Positions 1 to 10,505 of a stretch of DNA of 64,000 bases are shown in pieces (the first letter of the stretch is position 1; each line of letters starts with the position of its first letter). The translations under genes and the position numbers were made by a program. This DNA comes from Bacteroidales bacterium (lineage in GTDB: Bacteria > Bacteroidota > Bacteroidia > Bacteroidales > UBA7960). The DNA lies in NCBI GenBank assembly GCA_031323845.1, contig JAVIYP010000003.1, positions 11,007 through 75,006 of the forward strand, read 5' to 3'. Under the pieces are notes generated by a model, which had not been told where the DNA came from, did not search any database, and was given only the letters and a program-made list of their open reading frames with translations.

Positions 1-2458
<2,458 letters not shown>

Positions 2459-2555
2459 CAGCTTTGGTTACTGTCCGCTTCACCGCAAGCCCTCCTGCTG
2501 TTATCTCACCAGGCAGGCTTCCCCGCGAAGATAAGCAAAAACCTTCATTCATAAA

Positions 2556-2667
2556 GCTAAAAGCCAAAGGCAAAAATGGAGAAAATGAAAAGTGAAAAGT
2601 GAAAAATACCTGTAACATGACAAATCTTCACATTTGCACATCTGCACATTTTCACATCTGCACATCT
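2556..2667 (-). repeat. Mosaic short-tandem-repeat element, inverted copy (GCAGATGT-type x6, TTTTCAC-type x4, CTTTGG-type blocks)
   Basis: The reverse complement reads AGATGTGCAGATGTGAAAATGTGCAGATGTGCAAATGTGAAGATTTG-TCATGTT..-TTTTCACTTTTCACTTTTCATTTTCTCC-..GCCTTTGGCTTTTAGC. This is collinear with 22543-22656, including the identical terminal GCCTTTGGCTTTTAGC. Confidence 0.85.
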
Positions 2668-2730
2668 ATTTTTTTCATGCATCTGTGTGTAATCTCGCAT
2701 GAAAAAAATTTCATGTAAATTTGGAGAAAG
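2664..2730 (+). promoter_or_regulatory. Conserved ~65-nt promoter module with a -7 box TAAATTTG (2716-2723) upstream of the EEP gene
   Basis: TAAATTTG matches the Bacteroidota TAnnTTTG -7 consensus and lies 22 nt before the ATG at 2746. The module is roughly four-fifths identical by eye to 37474-37540. It contains a perfect 12-bp inverted repeat, TTTTTTTCATGC (2669-2680) / GCATGAAAAAAA (2697-2708). Confidence 0.55.
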
Positions 2731-2745
2731 AAGTTTATAAGGCAG

Positions 2746-3792
2746 ATGCACAGGTTTATTAAAACGGTTTTCTATATCATGGCCCTGCCCCTGGCTGTGA
2801 TCCTGTTGATCCTCTTGCATGCTCATCTTACGCTTTATAATCCTCCGCCACAAAAAATACTCCATCAGGAAGTGGACGCAGTGCTGACCAATCATACCGA
2901 TACCTTTGGTCTGATGACCTGGAACCTGGGGTACGCCGGGCTGGGCGACGACATGGATTTCTTCTATGACGGGGGCCGGCAGGTGCGGACCAGCCGTGAA
3001 CGGACTATGGAGAACCTTTCGGCTATCGGGCAATTCATACAGTCGCATCAGCGCCTTGACTTTTTTCTTTTCCAGGAAGCGGACCAGGGATCCCGGAGAT
3101 CCTATCGTATCCACATGCCCGACAGTATTTCCCGGGTGCTGCCTGATGCCCATCTGGCTTTCGGCAAAAACTATGACGTCCGCTTTGTTCCTGTGCCCTG
3201 GTATGCGCCTATGGGCAGGGTATTGTCGGGCGTGCTGACGGCCAGTCACCCGAAACCTTCCGAAGTCGTGCGTTACAGCTACCCCGGCAGCTATCCCTAC
3301 CCCGGCAGCTTGTTCAACCTGCAACGATGCCTGTTGCTGAGCCGCTACCCCCTGACCAACGGAAAGGAGCTGGTACTGATAAACACCCATAACTCAGCCT
3401 TCGATGACGGTGATTTGCGCAAGAAGCAGATGGATTTTCTAAAAAACCTGTTGCTGGATGAATTTGAGAAAGGCAATTATGTGATCGCCGGCGGTGATTT
3501 TAACCAGTGTCCGCCTGCTTTTAAATCCCAATTTTCAGCAAACGTCTTTAATGATGAAAAGGTGATGTACATCCCCGGCGATTTCCTGGAGGACTGGCAT
3601 TTTGTGTACGACCCGGCAGTGCCGACCAACCGGCGTGTGGTGGCGCCTTATGATGCGGAAACCACCAAAACCACCCTGATCGATTTTTTCATCATGTCGC
3701 CAAACATCAAACCCCTCAGTGTTAAAGGGGTGCATCTTGGGTTCCGCCACAGCGATCACAACCCGGTGCTTTCCGAATTTGTATTGCTATGA
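2746..3792 (+). CDS. Endonuclease/exonuclease/phosphatase (EEP) family protein with an N-terminal membrane anchor
   Basis: It has a hydrophobic N-terminus (FYIMALPLAVILLILL), a C-terminal SDHNPV catalytic-His motif and a GGDFN motif, both typical of the EEP fold. Confidence 0.7.
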   Translation: MHRFIKTVFYIMALPLAVILLILLHAHLTLYNPPPQKILHQEVDAVLTNHTDTFGLMTWNLGYAGLGDDMDFFYDGGRQVRTSRERTMENLSAIGQFIQSHQRLDFFLFQEADQGSRRSYRIHMPDSISRVLPDAHLAFGKNYDVRFVPVPWYAPMGRVLSGVLTASHPKPSEVVRYSYPGSYPYPGSLFNLQRCLLLSRYPLTNGKELVLINTHNSAFDDGDLRKKQMDFLKNLLLDEFEKGNYVIAGGDFNQCPPAFKSQFSANVFNDEKVMYIPGDFLEDWHFVYDPAVPTNRRVVAPYDAETTKTTLIDFFIMSPNIKPLSVKGVHLGFRHSDHNPVLSEFVLL

Positions 3793-3905
3793 AAACAGAT
3801 AGTGCCGCTCGCATGCAGGCTTTTTATACCAGGGAAAATGATTAAAAACATAAAAATCCTCAAAAACAATCAACATCAGTTATCAATAAGTATAACCTGA
3901 AGCAT

Positions 3906-4730
3906 ATGAAACAATACAACGAAACTTTTCAGCGGTTCTGGGACACCTACAGCAGTCAGAACCCTTCGGCCAAACGCATCCACGCACTTTTCACCACGCT
4001 TGGTGAGGAGGTCGTGCATGACCATATTGCGTTGCGTACCTTCAACGACCCGAGGATGAATATCGATGTGGTGGCCAAAGTGTTTACCGACAACGGTTAT
4101 GAAGCCCGGGGTACTTACGACTTTAAGGCCAAGAAAGTCTTTGGCAAACACTTCGAACATAAAACCGACCCTGAGGCTCCGAAGGTGTTCATCAGCGAGT
4201 TGCTCCTGGAGCAATTCAGCGACTTCCTCCGGCAAACGGTCAATGAAAAGCTCGACAGCCTTCCTGATGAAGCTTACCGCGACCCCATGCTGGTGTTTGG
4301 AGGCAGTATCTGGGGCGAAATATCGCTGGATACCTACAACAAGCTTCGTGAAGAGAGTGAGTATGCTGCCTGGACGCTGGTGTACGGTTACAGGGCCAAT
4401 CATTTTGCCATTAAGGTGAATGCACTGAAAAATTTCGGCAGTTTACAGGATGTTAATGCTTTTATTAAAGACAACGGTTATCTGATGAATACCTCTTCGG
4501 GGAATGAGATCTACGGAGCGCCTGAAGAATTGCTGGAGCAGTCGGCCACAAGAGCCGAAATACGGGAAGTGCGTTTCACCGACGGAATGCATAAGATACC
4601 GTCCTGTTTTTATGAATTCACGCTGAGGTATCCAGATGCCGACGGGCTTTTATATCCGGGTTTCAAAGCGGCCAATGCCGACAAGATCTTTGAAAGCACC
4701 AATTTTTACCGGGCCGGAGAGGCGATGTAA
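3906..4730 (+). CDS. DUF1338 (YdcJ/HglS-like) family protein, putative 2-oxoadipate dioxygenase/decarboxylase
   Basis: The N-terminal VHDHIALRTF motif and the 274-aa length fit short DUF1338 members. The next gene starts 22 nt downstream on the same strand. Confidence 0.6.
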   Translation: MKQYNETFQRFWDTYSSQNPSAKRIHALFTTLGEEVVHDHIALRTFNDPRMNIDVVAKVFTDNGYEARGTYDFKAKKVFGKHFEHKTDPEAPKVFISELLLEQFSDFLRQTVNEKLDSLPDEAYRDPMLVFGGSIWGEISLDTYNKLREESEYAAWTLVYGYRANHFAIKVNALKNFGSLQDVNAFIKDNGYLMNTSSGNEIYGAPEELLEQSATRAEIREVRFTDGMHKIPSCFYEFTLRYPDADGLLYPGFKAANADKIFESTNFYRAGEAM

Positions 4731-4752
4731 TATACGTTAAAGGAATACTGTT

Positions 4753-7692
4753 ATGAACAACACGGAATCGGGCATTGCCTTTGACCGCCTGAGGGATCAG
4801 CTGGAAGGCGATTTGTTTCTTGATTATAGCTGGCGCCTGATGTACGCCACGGATGCTTCTGTGTTCAAGGAGCTTCCCGTCGGGGTCTGCCGTCCGGCAA
4901 ATGAAAGCGACCTGGAAAAGATTCTTGCATTTTGCCGCGAACACAAATTGCCGGTAATACCGCGTACTGCCGGCACATCGCTGGCAGGACAGGTGGTTGG
5001 ACACGGCCTTGTGGTTGATTTCTCTCGCTACATGAACGAGATCCTGGAGTTGAATGTCGCAGAAAGGTGGGTCAGGGTTCAACCGGGTGTCATCCTCGAT
5101 GACCTCAACCGCTATCTGGCTCCCCACGGCCTGTTTTTTGCACCGGAAACATCGACAAGCAACCGTTGCATGATTGCAGGGATGGTCGCCAACAATTCCT
5201 GCGGTTCGCATTCGCTGGTTTATGGCAGTACTCGCGACCATACTCTCGAAATCAAAGCCATGCTTTACGATGGAAGCACGGCAGTGTTTGGTGACACGGA
5301 TGCGGATACTTTCCAGAAAAAGTGTGTGGGCAGCAAGCTGGAAAACAAGATTTACAGCGGGCTCTTCGAGATGCTTTCCAAAAAGGAGAACAGGGAAGAG
5401 ATCGTCAGGAACTATCCGGACCCTGGCATTAAAAGAAGAAACACAGGTTATGCGCTTGACCTGCTGTTAAAAGCCAATGTGTTTGGCGGCGAAGAGGCGT
5501 TCAACATGTGCAGGCTTTTGTGCGGTGCTGAGGGCACCCTGGCCTTTTATACCGAGATCAAGCTGAACCTGGTGCCTTTGCCTCCGCCGGAAACCGCGCT
5601 TTTGTGCGTCCATCTGGATACGGTTGAAGACGCCTTGCAGGCAAACCTGATCGCACTGAAATACAAGCCGGTGGCAGTGGAGCTGATCGACAAGGTGATC
5701 CTGGATTGCACCAAAGCCAACATAGGTCAGCGTAAAAACCGTTTTTTCCTGGAGGGAGACCCCGGCGCTATCCTGGTGGTGGAGTTTGCTTGCGACACAA
5801 GCAGCGAAGTTGATGAACTGGCAGGCGGTCTGGAGGCTCACCTCCGCCGGGAGGCCCTTGGCTTTCACTACCCTCTTTTGCGCGGCGGCGACATAAACAA
5901 GGTTTGGAACCTGCGCAAGGCCGGACTGGGCTTGCTGTCGAACATGCCGGGAGATGCCAAACCCGTTGCCGTTATTGAAGACAATGCCGTGCATGTTGAG
6001 GTCCTGCCCATGTTTATCAAGGAAGTGCTGCAGCTTCTGGATAAGCTCAGTCTGAAATGTGTGTTCTTTGCCCATATCGGCACCGGAGAAATTCACATTC
6101 GTCCGATAGTGAACCTCAAGAGCAGGGCTGATGTGGAACGTTTTTACCAGGTGGCCGAGGGTACTGCGCACCTGGTAAAAAAATACAAGGGGTCGCTCAG
6201 TGGCGAGCACGGCGACGGACGGTTGAGAGCCGGCTTCATTCCGCTCGTTATCGGTGAAAAGAACTATGAGCTGTTACGGGAAGTTAAAAAGCTGTGGGAT
6301 CCGCTGAATATTATGAACCCCGGTAAGATCATCGACCCTCCCTCCATGAAGACCTCGCTGCGCTACCTGCCGGGACAGCCTGAAAAAAAGCTCACCACCT
6401 ATTTCAACTACGACAAGACGCTCGGCTTTTTAAGGGCTGTGGAGCAATGCAATGGCTCGGGCGATTGCCGGAAGCCCCCTGCCGCAGGCGGCGTTATGTG
6501 CCCTTCATACCATGCAACCCTCAACGAGTTCGACAGCACAAGGGGCCGGGCAAACCTGCTGCGCGAATTCGTCACCAATTCATCAAAGAAAAACCCGTTT
6601 GACCATAAAGAGTTAATTGACGTACTCGACCTCTGCCTCTCATGCAAGGGCTGCAAGTCGGAATGCCCTTCGAGCGTGGATGTCGGAAAATACAAAGCCG
6701 AAACGCTGCAGCACTATTATGATGCCAACGGTACGCCGTTTGGCGCCAGGGTTACCGGAGCCTATGCCAAACTGAACAAGCTGGGAAGCCTTACGCCGCA
6801 GTTGTTTAATTTCATGGCCACTCAAAGGCTGAGCAGTGCACTGATAAAACGCATGCTCGGTTTTGCAAAGCAGCGAAGCCTGCCGTTGCTGCACCGGCAT
6901 AGTCTGAGGAAGTGGGCTCGAAAACAGCTGCCCGCATTAAACCGGAAAAACGGTTCAGGCAAAATGGTATACCTGTTTTGTGACGAGTTTACCAACTTCA
7001 ATGACACCCAAACGGGCATCCATGCGGTGCTTTTGCTCCATCACCTGGGTTACCGGGTAGAAATTCCCGTGCACGACGAAAGCGGCCGTACCTACCTTTC
7101 GAAAGGCTTGCTGAAAAAAGCCAAGAAGGTGATCGGGAATAACATCCGGCAGCTTTCGGGACTGGTAAGTGCCGAAACGCCTTTGGTCGGCATTGAGCCT
7201 TCTGCCATTCTCGGCTTCCGCGATGAATATCTTGAGCTGGCTGATGCCGGCTTGCTGGAAGCAGCGCAGGCCTTATCCGAAAATGCCTTCACCATTGAAG
7301 AGTTTATTGTTAAAGCTCATGAAAATGGTGAGATAGATGCGGGATTATTCACTAAAGCGAATAGAAAAATATACCTGCACGGCCATTGCCACCAGAAAGC
7401 GCTGTCATCGATTGACTATGGCCATAAGATGCTTTCGATACCTTCAGGAACGGAGGTAAGGAATATTGACTGCGGATGTTGCGGGATGGCCGGTGCTTTT
7501 GGCTATGAAAAGGATCATTATGAGATCAGCATGAAGATAGGTGAGCTGTCGCTGTTTCCAGCGGTCCGGCAGGCCGAAGCCGACGCACTTATCGTGGCCG
7601 CTGGCACAAGCTGTCGCCACCAAATTAAAGATGGTACCGGCCGCGAAGCCCTTCACCCTGCCGATGCCCTTTACCATTGCCTGGTCCTTTGA
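4753..7692 (+). CDS. FAD-linked oxidase fused to Fe-S/CCG domains (YdiJ-like, putative D-2-hydroxyacid dehydrogenase)
   Basis: The N-terminal region has an FAD-binding PCMH-type motif (PRTAGTSLAGQ). It also has the 4Fe-4S motif CLSCKGCKSECPS and a C-terminal Cys-rich CCG-like CGCCGMAG. The 979-aa fusion architecture matches E. coli YdiJ. Confidence 0.8.
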   Translation: MNNTESGIAFDRLRDQLEGDLFLDYSWRLMYATDASVFKELPVGVCRPANESDLEKILAFCREHKLPVIPRTAGTSLAGQVVGHGLVVDFSRYMNEILELNVAERWVRVQPGVILDDLNRYLAPHGLFFAPETSTSNRCMIAGMVANNSCGSHSLVYGSTRDHTLEIKAMLYDGSTAVFGDTDADTFQKKCVGSKLENKIYSGLFEMLSKKENREEIVRNYPDPGIKRRNTGYALDLLLKANVFGGEEAFNMCRLLCGAEGTLAFYTEIKLNLVPLPPPETALLCVHLDTVEDALQANLIALKYKPVAVELIDKVILDCTKANIGQRKNRFFLEGDPGAILVVEFACDTSSEVDELAGGLEAHLRREALGFHYPLLRGGDINKVWNLRKAGLGLLSNMPGDAKPVAVIEDNAVHVEVLPMFIKEVLQLLDKLSLKCVFFAHIGTGEIHIRPIVNLKSRADVERFYQVAEGTAHLVKKYKGSLSGEHGDGRLRAGFIPLVIGEKNYELLREVKKLWDPLNIMNPGKIIDPPSMKTSLRYLPGQPEKKLTTYFNYDKTLGFLRAVEQCNGSGDCRKPPAAGGVMCPSYHATLNEFDSTRGRANLLREFVTNSSKKNPFDHKELIDVLDLCLSCKGCKSECPSSVDVGKYKAETLQHYYDANGTPFGARVTGAYAKLNKLGSLTPQLFNFMATQRLSSALIKRMLGFAKQRSLPLLHRHSLRKWARKQLPALNRKNGSGKMVYLFCDEFTNFNDTQTGIHAVLLLHHLGYRVEIPVHDESGRTYLSKGLLKKAKKVIGNNIRQLSGLVSAETPLVGIEPSAILGFRDEYLELADAGLLEAAQALSENAFTIEEFIVKAHENGEIDAGLFTKANRKIYLHGHCHQKALSSIDYGHKMLSIPSGTEVRNIDCGCCGMAGAFGYEKDHYEISMKIGELSLFPAVRQAEADALIVAAGTSCRHQIKDGTGREALHPADALYHCLVL

Positions 7693-7702
7693 TGATGCCA
7701 TC

Positions 7703-7741
7703 AAAAAAAATGGCTTGCCGGATCCGGCAAGCCATTTTTTT
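7703..7741. terminator. Bidirectional intrinsic terminator between convergent genes
   Basis: The sequence is A8-TGGCTTGCCGG-AT-CCGGCAAGCCA-T7, an 11-bp GC-rich stem flanked by A and T runs. It lies between the YdiJ-like stop (7692) and the rpsA stop (7756). Confidence 0.85.
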
Positions 7742-7755
7742 CAAGCAAAAAAGCC

Positions 7756-10314
7756 TTAGTCTTCTTTCTGTTCCTCTGTTGAGGAATCAGCAGACTCGTC
7801 TGCCTTCTTTTCCTCATCTTCTTTTTCAGCAGCTTTTTTTGCCGTTTTTTTGGCGGTCTTTTTAACCGCTTTCTTCTCAGATGCAGCCGCATCGTCGTCC
7901 TCTGCCTTTGCCTTTTTAGCAGCTGTGGCCTTTGGCTTTTCTGCCGGCTTTTCTGCAGCCTCTTTGTCTTCCTCTTTTGCCTTCTCTTCTTTGGATGCAG
8001 GCTCTTCCTTCACAACCTCAGCTGCAGCGGCTTTTTCTTTCTCCTTCTTATCTTCCTTAACCGGCGCTTCCTTCTCAGCCTCATCTTTTTTGGCTTTTTC
8101 GGCAGCGGCTTTCTCCTCAAGCTTTTTCAAAGCCTCCTCTTTTTTAGCCTCCTGAACGGTTTTCTCAGACTTCTCTATCTTTGACTTCAGGTTTGCCAAA
8201 ACATCAAGGTCACCAAGCGTGGTTTTTTCAAGACTGTCTTTCATCTTCTTGACCACCTTCTTGGTAGCCTGCTCCTTGGCCTTTTGCTCAGAAACCTCTG
8301 AAGCACGCTCGGCATATTTTATATCCTGGTAAACCTTGGTGTGGGAAACGACGATCTTCTTGCTCTCTTTGTTGAACTCAATGACTTTAAAGTCAAGCGT
8401 TTCGTCCATCTTGGCAGTGGATCCGTCTTCCTTTACTACATGCCTTGTCGGGGCAAAGCCCTCAACGCCGTAGGGAAGGGCCACAATGACTCCCTTGTCG
8501 GAAGTGCCTACAATGGTACCCTGGTGGACGGAATCAATGGTAAACACCGACTCAAACACCTCCCACGGGTTCTCTTCCAGCTGTTTGTGTCCAAGGCTCA
8601 GACGGCGGTTTTCTTTGTCAACATCCAGGACAACCACCTCTATGCTCTCACCGATCTTGGTGAACTCTGCAGGATGCTTGATCTTTTTGCTCCAGCTAAG
8701 ATCGCTGATGTGGATCAGTCCGTCAACGCCTTCTTCGAGTTCTACAAAGATGCCGAAGTTGGTAAAGTTCCTGACGGTTGCCGTGGTTTTGCTTCCCACC
8801 GCATACTTTTCTTCAATATCTGACCAGGGATCCGGGATCAGCTGTTTGATGCCGAGTGACATCTTTCTCTCTTCACGGTCGAGCGTAAGGATCACGGCCT
8901 CCACTTCATCACCCACTTTCAGGAAGTCCTGTGCTGTGCGCAGATGCTGTGACCACGACATTTCCGATACGTGAATGAGGCCTTCAACTCCTGATGCAAT
9001 CTCAATAAAGGCGCCATAATCTGCAATAACTACCACCTTGCCGGTGACTTTGTCGCCCACTTTAAGGTTTGGATCAAGCGAATCCCACGGATGCGGTGTA
9101 AGCTGCTTGAGGCCCAGAGCGATGCGCTTCTTTTGCTCATCAAAGTCAAGAATAACCACGTTGATTTTCTCATCGAGCTTGACAATCTCTTCCGGATGGT
9201 TGATGCGTCCCCAGGAAAGGTCGGTGATGTGGATCAAACCGTCGACACCGCCAAGGTCAACAAACACACCGTAAGAGGTGATGTTTTTGACCGTTCCTTC
9301 CAGGATCTGACCTTTTTCAAGCTTGGCAATGATCTCAGCTTTCTGGATTTCAAGCTCTGCCTCAATCAGTGCCTTGTGGGAAACGACCACGTTTTTGTAT
9401 TCGTGATTGATCTTAACCACTTTGAAATCCATGGTTTTCCCAACATAAATATCATAATCGCGAATCGGTTTCACGTCAATTTGTGATCCCGGTAAAAACG
9501 CTTCAATACCGAAAACGTCAACGATAAGACCACCTTTGGTACGGCACTTAACAAAGCCCTGGATGATCTCATCTTTTTCTTTTGCTTCGTTGATGCGCTC
9601 CCATGAACGCAGGGTGCGCGCTTTTTTGTGCGACAACACCAGCTGTCCGCTGCTGTCTTCCTGGCTTTCAACGTAAACTTCTATTTTGTCGCCAATCTTC
9701 AGGTCGGGGTTGTACCTCAGTTCTGCAGCCGGCAAGATGCCATCGGACTTATATCCAATGTTAACGACGATCTCGCGCGTGTTTTTCGACACCACGGTGC
9801 CGTCAATAACTTCACCTTCACCGATAGACTTCAGCGTCTCCTCGTAAATGTTTTCGAGGCGTTGACGCTCTTCTGACGAATAAAGGTCTAGCTTTTTGTT
9901 CACTGCTTCCCAGTCGAAATCACCGGGCTCCTGCAGTTCAGGAACTGTAGTCTGGATTTCCTCTGAAGGTGTTTCTTCCCCAGGGGTTGTTTGTTCCTCT
10001 TCAACGGGGGGTTCTGCGGTGGTTTCAGCTAAGGGCGCTTCGGTTTCTGCTTCAGGAGAGCTTTCCGTTTCAGGTATAGCGTCTGCTTCTGCTTTAACTG
10101 AAGTGTCTTCAGCCTGCTCTCCGGCTACTTCGGCTTGTGGCGACTCCGGTTCTGCAGGGGTTTCTTCCTGCTCTTCCGTTTCAGGTGCTTGTGCTTCCTG
10201 CGGATCATCATCCGCTTTCTTTTCCTGTGAAGCCTTGGGGTCGTCTGCCTGATCCCGGGTTTCCTCTACCGGCTTTTCCTCCGGATTGGCGGTGTTTTTT
10301 TGTTCTTCTGACAT
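7756..10314 (-). CDS. rpsA: 30S ribosomal protein S1 with long low-complexity N- and C-terminal extensions
   Basis: S1/OB repeats recur, for example GTVKNITSYGVFVDLGGVDGLIHITDLSW, GKVVVIADYGAFIEIASGVEGLIHVSEMSW and ATVRNFTNFGIFVELEEGVDGLIHISDLSW. There is a ~130-aa acidic E/P/T-rich N-terminus and a ~190-aa K/E/A-rich C-terminus. Confidence 0.9.
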   Translation of the reverse strand: MSEEQKNTANPEEKPVEETRDQADDPKASQEKKADDDPQEAQAPETEEQEETPAEPESPQAEVAGEQAEDTSVKAEADAIPETESSPEAETEAPLAETTAEPPVEEEQTTPGEETPSEEIQTTVPELQEPGDFDWEAVNKKLDLYSSEERQRLENIYEETLKSIGEGEVIDGTVVSKNTREIVVNIGYKSDGILPAAELRYNPDLKIGDKIEVYVESQEDSSGQLVLSHKKARTLRSWERINEAKEKDEIIQGFVKCRTKGGLIVDVFGIEAFLPGSQIDVKPIRDYDIYVGKTMDFKVVKINHEYKNVVVSHKALIEAELEIQKAEIIAKLEKGQILEGTVKNITSYGVFVDLGGVDGLIHITDLSWGRINHPEEIVKLDEKINVVILDFDEQKKRIALGLKQLTPHPWDSLDPNLKVGDKVTGKVVVIADYGAFIEIASGVEGLIHVSEMSWSQHLRTAQDFLKVGDEVEAVILTLDREERKMSLGIKQLIPDPWSDIEEKYAVGSKTTATVRNFTNFGIFVELEEGVDGLIHISDLSWSKKIKHPAEFTKIGESIEVVVLDVDKENRRLSLGHKQLEENPWEVFESVFTIDSVHQGTIVGTSDKGVIVALPYGVEGFAPTRHVVKEDGSTAKMDETLDFKVIEFNKESKKIVVSHTKVYQDIKYAERASEVSEQKAKEQATKKVVKKMKDSLEKTTLGDLDVLANLKSKIEKSEKTVQEAKKEEALKKLEEKAAAEKAKKDEAEKEAPVKEDKKEKEKAAAAEVVKEEPASKEEKAKEEDKEAAEKPAEKPKATAAKKAKAEDDDAAASEKKAVKKTAKKTAKKAAEKEDEEKKADESADSSTEEQKED

Positions 10315-10427
10315 TAATTAAAAATTCTGCTGTGGCTCTCCCGGAAACTGTCGGCCAATATGCCTGTTTTCATTCATCCGGGATGACCGGGTTTAACAAT
10401 AAGTTACAGGGCCCGCAAACGGGACTG

Positions 10428-10435
10428 CAAAGGTA
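10428..10435 (-). promoter_or_regulatory. -7 promoter box TACCTTTG upstream of rpsA
   Basis: The reverse complement of CAAAGGTA matches TAnnTTTG. It lies about 113 nt upstream of the rpsA ATG, which implies a long leader. Confidence 0.45.
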
Positions 10436-10505
10436 GAAAAAAAACGGAAAATAGAAAACTGTAACTCAGAAATTTAAGCGGTTACCTGGCTTATGATAAA
10501 AAAAC

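Noticed and set aside
2557-3390. A 277-aa minus-strand ORF across the EEP gene and the repeat region.
   Set aside because: It is antisense to a gene with clear EEP motifs. Its C-terminus is just the translated tandem repeats (MCRCANVKICHVTGIFHFSLFIFSIFAFGF).
5467-6210. A 247-aa minus-strand ORF inside the YdiJ-like gene.
   Set aside because: It is antisense to a gene with FAD and Fe-S motifs and has no recognisable features of its own.
7850-8155. A 101-aa plus-strand ORF rich in A, S and F.
   Set aside because: It is the antisense reading of the K/E/A-rich low-complexity tail of rpsA, so it is a compositional artefact.
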